IMG/VR virus record: IMGVR_UViG_3300026488_000025
Span: 1-64,000 of that record
DNA: 64,000 nt
Source of the DNA: a virus
Strand: one strand, 5' to 3'
Shown piece by piece: positions 53,671 through 61,500 of this stretch. Under the pieces are notes generated by a model, which saw nothing but the letters and a program-made list of their open reading frames with translations, had not been told where the DNA came from and ran no database searches. The position numbers and the translations under genes were made by a program. The number at the start of each line of letters is the position of its first letter. Within the stretch, counting starts at the first letter, position 1.

Positions 53671-54384
53671 TTACCAGATTTCCCAAAGTACTGATTTGCT
53701 AAGAGCGTGAGTCTTAACCTCAGCATCCCAATCTCTAGCATCACACCACTTTCTGATATTCTGTCTGTCCATTGAAGAAGCATACTTTTGGGCATATTTT
53801 CTTCTTTTGCCGTCATTATAAAGAGTCATTCTTTTCCAATCAGGAAGAGGTTTACCATAGAGATATGTAGTACCTTCTCCGTGGTTATTAACAGAAACCT
53901 TGTTGTTTCTTGTTTTCTCTTTAGTCCAATCTAAGCGAAGTTCACCAGTCATTCTTACTTTCTCAACGAAAAAATCTTTGTAAGTAGCACTCACTAATCT
54001 GAAAATATCTCTCTTATCAGTGGTACACCATTTTCCGTTATTGAAGAAAGCTTCAAAAGTAATAGTATTCTCAACATCGCTTAAGAATGTTTTGTAGTGG
54101 ACTCTTACTTTGAAAGTCTTCACATATTCAGGATAACTCCCGTTTGTGTAACCATAAAAAGAACCACTGTAAGTGTGTTCTGTAATAGTACTATTTGTAA
54201 GAATTTCAGGTTTGTTTCTGCATCTGTGATTTCTAGGAATATCTTCTGTTTCATCGAAGTTTCTTAGTATAGCACGACCTTTGTCTCTTATTGTGTTGTT
54301 TCTTGATGTTTTTCTGCGTCTGTTTCCTTTACGGTCCCAGCCACTAACATTTTCTTTCCATAATCCGTTCATTGTGAACCTCAT
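53671..54384 (-). CDS. Hypothetical basic protein
   Basis: Long ORF. Confidence 0.6.
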   Translation of the reverse strand: MRFTMNGLWKENVSGWDRKGNRRRKTSRNNTIRDKGRAILRNFDETEDIPRNHRCRNKPEILTNSTITEHTYSGSFYGYTNGSYPEYVKTFKVRVHYKTFLSDVENTITFEAFFNNGKWCTTDKRDIFRLVSATYKDFFVEKVRMTGELRLDWTKEKTRNNKVSVNNHGEGTTYLYGKPLPDWKRMTLYNDGKRRKYAQKYASSMDRQNIRKWCDARDWDAEVKTHALSKSVLWEIW

Positions 54385-54636
54385 AAAGCATAAATTTAAA
54401 CATTTCTGTTTAGAGCTTTATTTAGATAACACCTTTACCTTTAACTGTTTTCATTTTAGTTTCCTTATATAAATAAACTAATACTAGCTGTTACGATAAA
54501 ACCTACAACAGCACCATTAACATCACCGATTAACCAACCGATTGCTGCACCTATCATCCAGAACACTAAAGCATTTGGGTTTATATTCATTTCTCTTCCT
54601 TTTAATATAGTATTATAACATAACAATTCTTAAAGC

Positions 54637-54966
54637 CTACTGAAAGGCTCCATAAGCTTCTTTAGCTTTAACTGCGTTGTTTAATTCTCTGTAATCTTCT
54701 AGTGTGTCTAATGTCTTGATGTAGTTTTGTGTATCTATCTGCACTTCTGCTTCTACACCAGCACCTGCTTTGTAAGCTTCTATTTTACCTTCTTGTACTT
54801 CTTTAGCTACTGCTAATGTTTCCATATCAGTAAGCTCTGTCTTTTGTGTTTTATCTGCTTTCTCTGCTTTCTCTAACGCTTTATCTCTAATATCATCGAG
54901 ATTTACTGGTACTTCTGGTTTTGGATATACTGGTTGAATACCTATTGGTTGTGTGCCTTGTATCAT
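54637..54966 (-). CDS. Hypothetical late protein
   Basis: Late promoter and GGAG RBS. Confidence 0.6.
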   Translation of the reverse strand: MIQGTQPIGIQPVYPKPEVPVNLDDIRDKALEKAEKADKTQKTELTDMETLAVAKEVQEGKIEAYKAGAGVEAEVQIDTQNYIKTLDTLEDYRELNNAVKAKEAYGAFQ

Positions 54967-54987
54967 AATAGTCTCCTTTAAGAATAT

Positions 54988-55296
54988 TTATAAGAAAATA
55001 TGTGGATACCCTTCTGTTATTCTATCCACTATTTCCTGTGTTTTTTCGTTCTCTTCTATGAAATGCATTGAACCATCAAGAAAAGTGAGAACGAATGCCT
55101 GTTCTGCTTCTAGCTTCGTTTCAAATAAATCCTCACGGACGACTCGTATATCAGCAAATTGTTCCTGACCAATGTACTGCTTGAATCGAATCACATTCCC
55201 TCTGATATGCTCTACCTCTATCTCTTTGGGGTATTCTACCAGCATAGTAGAATTGCTGTACCAGTAGTTTTTTCCTTTCTGAATATGTTCTATCAT
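54988..55296 (-). CDS. Hypothetical protein, C-terminal family (YPHIFL)
   Basis: Shared C-terminal motif. Confidence 0.6.
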   Translation of the reverse strand: MIEHIQKGKNYWYSNSTMLVEYPKEIEVEHIRGNVIRFKQYIGQEQFADIRVVREDLFETKLEAEQAFVLTFLDGSMHFIEENEKTQEIVDRITEGYPHIFL

Positions 55297-55300
55297 AAGG

Positions 55301-55747
55301 TCATAGCTCTATCGTTGTGTCGTGCTTTACCTCTCGGTGTGTAACGACCTCTTCTTCAACGGGTTTTGGTGGAGCCTTCGGCCTATGTAATGGAGGTAAC
55401 GAAGCAGGGGCCTTCTGAGGTCTAGGTAGATTATTCTTCTTCCATTCTTCATTCGATTTATTTAGTTTATCAGAAGAAATCTTATCAATGATTTTATATA
55501 GCCGTTTTGCTGTACTAACACTGCAATAACCCTTTATAGCGTATTCCCTATACAAACTCGGGCCAGCAAAATATCTATTTGCTATCCATATTGATTTACC
55601 ATTTAATGTACAAGTACAATCACTCACATCCTTGATAATATAATCGCCATCAAGAGCAGTACTAATGAATTCTTCTACGATAGGATTATATTTCTCATTT
55701 CTTGACCAAGACGCTGGCGTGAATAATCTAGCGAAAAAAGAATTCAT
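55301..55747 (-). CDS. Hypothetical protein with Pro-rich tail
   Basis: ORF. Confidence 0.55.
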   Translation of the reverse strand: MNSFFARLFTPASWSRNEKYNPIVEEFISTALDGDYIIKDVSDCTCTLNGKSIWIANRYFAGPSLYREYAIKGYCSVSTAKRLYKIIDKISSDKLNKSNEEWKKNNLPRPQKAPASLPPLHRPKAPPKPVEEEVVTHREVKHDTTIEL

Positions 55748-55941
55748 TACGAATCTCGTTTCTCGTTACGGATGTCTCTTGCTTTTCCTTTTTCTTCTTT
55801 TCCTAATGAATCAACAAAATCAGATGCTTCATCTGCGAATTCAGCACCTTTATCTAATATAGTACTAAGACCTTCTAAGGCTCCTACTGCTAATGTTTTT
55901 GCTGTTTTCTTTACTACGGCTTGTGTGATTTTTCCAAACAT
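55747..55941 (-). CDS. Small hypothetical protein
   Basis: Early promoter and RBS upstream. Confidence 0.55.
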   Translation of the reverse strand: MFGKITQAVVKKTAKTLAVGALEGLSTILDKGAEFADEASDFVDSLGKEEKGKARDIRNEKRDS

Positions 55942-56007
55942 ATTAAGTCCTTTCGTGTTATATATAGTATTATAACATAAAAGTCCTTAAGGTTTTATTA
56001 AAAAGAG

Positions 56008-56997
56008 CTAATAGGGATTATTTATTGTTTTTTCTATTTCTTCAAATAAAGGTAGATTTTCTAAAAATATTCGTACAACCTCAGGGTCGAAAGATTTTCC
56101 TGATTCTGCTTTGAAATGCTCTGTTATTTTTTCATAAGACCAAGCCTTTCTATAATCTTTATCCATTCTTAGAGAATCAAAAACATCTATAATAGCTACG
56201 ACTCGAGCCCATATATGAATCTCTTCACCTTTTAATCCTTTTGGGTAACCTGAACCATCCCATTTCTCGTGGTGTTGTTCGGCAATAATAACAACCATCT
56301 TATGTAAAAAAGAATCAGATTCCTTGAAGAATCTTGCTCCTTTTACTGTGTGTTGTTGTACTAATTTGTATTCTGATTCTGTTAATCTTGTAGGTTTACC
56401 TAATATCGATTGAGGTATACCAATTTTACCTATATCGTGCATAGGTGCCGTTAATCTCAAATCTCGAGCTACTTTCATTCCTAGACCCATTTCTAAAGCA
56501 AGATGATAACTCCACTCACTAATTCTTAAAGCTTTAGCACTAGAAAAATTAATGTGTGCGTTTACAATATTAGAAATAGTAGTAAACATTTCTTTGTGTG
56601 TTTCGTACATCTGTATATTATCATTCACTGCACAAGTAACATCTGTCCTAATACTAATATATTCTTTGGGGTTTAATTTTCTTATTATAGTATAGAAAAA
56701 AACTATTTCGCCTCTCTTAGAAACATTCTCTATGAGTCCCGTCCAAGTCTGGCCTCTAGCGATAGTAGTCCACAAATCTTCAAAAATTTTCGGTTCATAC
56801 TCATCAGGTAAAAGAAAGCTGTGAGTCCGACCCATAACTTCTTTTTTTGTATAACCCATTTTTTCTAGTAGGTTATTGTTAATAGATGTTATATTACCTT
56901 TGAGGTCTGTGGTGCTTATATAAAATACTTCGTCCACTATTGACTGAATATCAATAGTCTTCGCTGTTACTCCGAATATACCACATAAATTAAACAC
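56008..56997 (-). CDS. PAS + HD-GYP phosphodiesterase
   Basis: PAS (ISTTDLKGNIT...GYT..EVMG...LW.TI..G..W.G), MHDIGKIGIP, HHEKWDGSGYP and ARVVAIIDVFD. Confidence 0.9.
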   Translation of the reverse strand: MFNLCGIFGVTAKTIDIQSIVDEVFYISTTDLKGNITSINNNLLEKMGYTKKEVMGRTHSFLLPDEYEPKIFEDLWTTIARGQTWTGLIENVSKRGEIVFFYTIIRKLNPKEYISIRTDVTCAVNDNIQMYETHKEMFTTISNIVNAHINFSSAKALRISEWSYHLALEMGLGMKVARDLRLTAPMHDIGKIGIPQSILGKPTRLTESEYKLVQQHTVKGARFFKESDSFLHKMVVIIAEQHHEKWDGSGYPKGLKGEEIHIWARVVAIIDVFDSLRMDKDYRKAWSYEKITEHFKAESGKSFDPEVVRIFLENLPLFEEIEKTINNPY

Positions 56998-57008
56998 ATT
57001 GCTTCTCC

Positions 57009-57617
57009 TTAGACTGTTCTATCTCTATACATTTCAATAGTTGCTACCAATACAAAGTTCGGGTTTACTTCACCGTAAATATTACGATAATTTAATCTCA
57101 TTTTAAAAATCTTTGGGACAAGCATAGCATCATTACTTTCAAGTATCATACCGTGATGATTAGTACCTAATACTAATAGATTGTTTACAAATCTATCTAC
57201 TACATAATCAGTAGGAAATAGGAAATAATCTCCAACCCAAGTGTCATCAGGTGCTGAAGCAGCAGTTATATATTGAACTGTTCCCTCTACCATATTAGCA
57301 TTACCTTTGCCATCACCAGTAGGTAAAGGTGTATTAGCAGGTAAAATAACTTCCCAATCTAATGTATCACCTAGAATAGCGTTTTCCCATATAATCATAC
57401 CATCTTTTAAGTGAATATCATCTATGAACTGGCAATCAACTGATTTCTGTGTAGTTGGAGTAACTGTATTATTAAGTACAAGAGGTGTACCATCACCTAC
57501 TACTCCGTTTACTGAATCATCTCCAGAAGAAGTGAAGTATAACATTGTACCTTCAATTCTTGGTGTACTTGATGTTTTAGCTGTACCATCTGGTTGTAAA
57601 TATCTACTTTTTTTCAT
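57009..57617 (-). CDS. Hypothetical virion-associated protein
   Basis: Beta-rich; downstream of the fibre gene. Confidence 0.55.
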   Translation of the reverse strand: MKKSRYLQPDGTAKTSSTPRIEGTMLYFTSSGDDSVNGVVGDGTPLVLNNTVTPTTQKSVDCQFIDDIHLKDGMIIWENAILGDTLDWEVILPANTPLPTGDGKGNANMVEGTVQYITAASAPDDTWVGDYFLFPTDYVVDRFVNNLLVLGTNHHGMILESNDAMLVPKIFKMRLNYRNIYGEVNPNFVLVATIEMYRDRTV

Positions 57618-58576
57618 TATTTGTATCTCCCGTCTAAGTGTCTGTCTTTATACTGAATTCTCTCAACTGCATCACCAGTTCTCATATCAATAGTTCTATC
57701 ATTGAATTTTACGAATCTACAATTTTTAACCCAATACTCGAAAGTTCTTGGATTCCAAGCTCCCCATTCATTCCATTCTAAATACTTTATATATAGGTAT
57801 TTACCATCTTCAAAAGTACCAAATTCTTTACCTACACCACGATTATAGTCTGAACCAATAACTAAAGTATTACCTAAGTTATCATCATTTTCTACTGTTA
57901 CTTTAACACCAGAAAGATAGTTTTTATTACCCGAAATACTTAATTTACCATCACTTTCCCACGAGTCTGAATCTTCATACCAAGTATTTATGAATCTCTG
58001 AATATCATCTATATCTTCACCTTGACTATATCCCTCTATAAAAAGTTCAACATAAGCATTTGTGCTTTCAGCTGTTATTACCACTTGGATATCACGAACT
58101 TTATTATTGAAATCCAACTCTAAAGTCTGTCTTTTAACTAGATTTTCACCTGGTAAAACAAGACCGTCTCCCGTAATAATAGTAACTTCTACATCAGAAG
58201 TACTAGGTATAACATATAAAGAAGAAACTTTACCTCTAAAATGTTTAATCATTCTGTGGTCTTCTTTGATATAGAATCTATCTCTTACAAAGTAATATAT
58301 ACTTTTTGAGTCGTTGAAATCTTCTGTATTATCAATTACTATTCTGTTATAGTTATTTGCCACAACAAGAGCAGCATCATTACTTGGTAAATCGAATTCA
58401 TCTTCCATAATCACTAAAATACTCTGATATATAAGAGGTGTAATCTCTCCTACATTATCAGCTATTTCTTCTCTTGAGCCAACTTCATTGAAGGCTCTTC
58501 TTTCACCAGGTTCTACATCGGCACCCGTGTTACCTATATTTACTACATCTAAACTAATATTTTTAAAATAATACAT
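57617..58576 (-). CDS. Hypothetical virion-associated protein
   Basis: Beta-rich; directly downstream of the fibre gene. Confidence 0.55.
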   Translation of the reverse strand: MYYFKNISLDVVNIGNTGADVEPGERRAFNEVGSREEIADNVGEITPLIYQSILVIMEDEFDLPSNDAALVVANNYNRIVIDNTEDFNDSKSIYYFVRDRFYIKEDHRMIKHFRGKVSSLYVIPSTSDVEVTIITGDGLVLPGENLVKRQTLELDFNNKVRDIQVVITAESTNAYVELFIEGYSQGEDIDDIQRFINTWYEDSDSWESDGKLSISGNKNYLSGVKVTVENDDNLGNTLVIGSDYNRGVGKEFGTFEDGKYLYIKYLEWNEWGAWNPRTFEYWVKNCRFVKFNDRTIDMRTGDAVERIQYKDRHLDGRYK

Positions 58577-58586
58577 TTTTTACCTC

Positions 58587-61500
58587 TTATGGTTGAATAA
58601 TTTTTCTGAATTTTAAAGTAAGAGTTGCATTACTCAATCTTTCACCCATTATTCTTGCTTTTAACTCGAAACCAGCATTAAAATTCATATTCTCTGTTGT
58701 ATTTATAGTAACTCTTGTGCCCGAATTTGTAATATCTATACCAAGAACATTATTACTTGCTCCGTCTCTTAGGAATATTACATCATTTCTAGCATTTTCG
58801 TTACTTGAAGTTTGGAGATTCCAACCAGTCAAACACATATCTTCATCTATTAGTTTTGGTATTGAAGATGTACTTATCTGTGGAGTACAATTCATATAAG
58901 TATCTCTTTTATCTGTACCATTTTTATACATAATAACATCATAAACTCTATGACTTAAATATTTACCACGAACTGAATCATAGAAATACGGTTCTACTGC
59001 TTGACCTTGAGCGAAACCTGAACCATCATCTTGCTCCCAATAGTAAGTGTTACCATCAGTCGCTAATCTATTGGTTGCTTTTCCTATTACAGAAGGGAGA
59101 ACTGTTAATGCCGCAATCGCTGCATCTTGTTGGACATTCTTATCGTGTTCGATAGCTATATCAGTTTGTAATGAACTAACATCAGTAGCTCTTGTATTTG
59201 CTTCATTATTAACTGCTACCCATAGATTAGTATCTTCCGTAGCTCTTGATGATGCTTCAGCATTGATATTGCTTTGTAAAATATTATCATTTGAGTTTCT
59301 GATTGCTGCTTCATCAGAAACACTACCATTCAATACGATACCGTAATTCACGAAATCATTCTCTAAAGAATCAATATTGCTTTGTAGGTTGTTATCTTCG
59401 GTAGCTCTTGTATTTGCTTCAGCGTTGATATTTGCTTGTAATGTATTATCTGCTGTTACTCTATTAGAAACTTCAGTATTTAAACTATTTTGTATAATAT
59501 TTTCTTTATTTGTTGCTCTAGTAGTTTCACTTGATAAGTTGGCTGATAATGTACTCTCTGCTGTCATAGCTCTTGATACTTCATTCGATAAATCAGAAGA
59601 AATAATCGTAACAGTTGCATTAGTCGTATTGATACCTGCTTGTAATGTGCTTTCTGCTGATTGAGCTCTTACTACTTCTGAAGCTAAGTCATTAGTTAGA
59701 GTTGCATCAGATGCTGTTCTTGCACTTGTTTCTGCTGATATGTTATTTTGTAAATTTGTATCTGCAGATTGTCTTGTGCTTTCTTCAGAATCAATGTTGC
59801 CTTGTAATATAGTATCAGCAGTAGCTCTACTTGTAATTTCAGAATCGATACTAGCTTGTAATGTATTATCAGTAGTTCCTCTAGTAGCAATTTCTTGTGC
59901 TAAATCACTTTCAATAGTATTGCTTCTAGTATTGTTACTGATAACATAAGAAGCAAAAGCATCATCATTTGTTTGGTCTACTGTATTGATTAAGTCCACA
60001 ATCTCTTGGAAAGAATCTTTATCAGCACTTGAACCAGATAAGATTGAATCAATTCTAGCAGTTTCAGTATCGATATTTGTTTGTAAAGTAACATCTACGA
60101 TTGCTTGTTGTGCTACTTCAGTTTCCAATGAACTAATTCTTGCTTTTTCAATATCAATATTTGCTTGTAAAATAATATCGCTATCATTTCTTGTAGTTGC
60201 TTCAGTTGTTAAGTTATTAGCTAATACACTCTCTGCTACCGTTGCTCTTGATACTTCTGTATTTAGATTGCTTTCTATATTGTTTTCTTTAGATGTTGCT
60301 CTTGATACTTCACTCGATAAGTCATTAGTTAAAATGTTATCATTAGCAAGTCTTGTAGCTGATTCACTATCTAAGTTACCTTGAACTTGTGCTATTGAAG
60401 CATCAGTACTATTACTTAAAGAATCGATATTACTCTGAAGAGTCGCTTCAGAAGAAGTTGCTCTAGTAACTTCTGCGTTTAAGTTATTATTTAGAGTATT
60501 TTCTTCAGTCGTTGCTCTTACTGTTTCTGCGTTTAAATTAGTACCCAAAGTGTTCTCTGCTGTTGTAGCTCTTTGTACTTCATTTACTAAATTATTAGAT
60601 AATGTTGTATCATTAGCAAGTCTTGTAGCTGATTCACTATCTAAGTTAGATTGAATTAAATTTTCTTTGGTAGTTGCTCTAGTTGTTTCTGTGTCTAGGT
60701 TATTTTGTAATGCGTTATCATTAGCAAGTCTTGTAGTTGATTCAGTAACAATATCTGTATTAAGGTCAGATTCAGCTGATACAGCTCTGTTATATTCTGC
60801 AGTTACACTTCCTTCGATAGTTGTACTTCTTTGGTCGTTACTTGTAACATAAGCAGCGAATGCATCATCGTTACTTTGGTCCACTGTATTGATTAAGTTC
60901 ACGATTTCAGTAAATGAATCTAAGTCAGCAGAAGCACCAGATAAGATTGAATCAATTCTTGCTTTCTCTATATCTAAGTTACTTTGGAGAGTCGTATCAT
61001 TAGTTTCTCTAGTAACGCCTTCTGCGTCTAAATTTGCTTGAATAACATTATCATTAGCAAGTCTTGTAGCTGATTCACTATCTAAGTTAGATTGAATTAA
61101 ATTTTCTTTAGATGTTGCTCTTGATACTTCACTCGATAAGTCATTAGTTAAAATGTCATCGTTAGCAAGTCTTGTAGCTGATTCACTATCTAAGTTAGAT
61201 TGAATAAGTGTTTCTGCATCTGTTGCTCTTGTAACTTCTGTGTTTAAGTTGGCTGTAAGTGTACTTTCTGCAGATGTTGCTCTTGACTCCTCAGAATCGA
61301 TATTGCTTTGTAAAGTTGTATCATTAGTAAGTCTTGTAGCTGATTCACTATCTAAGTTAGATTGAATTAAATTTTCTTTAGTAGAGGCTCTACTAATTTC
61401 TGTATTAAGATTGCTTTGAACTTGAGCTATGTCTGCATCAACATTTATAGTTAAAGTGTCGATATTTGTTTGAAGTGTTGCTTCGGCAGTTGTTGCTCTT

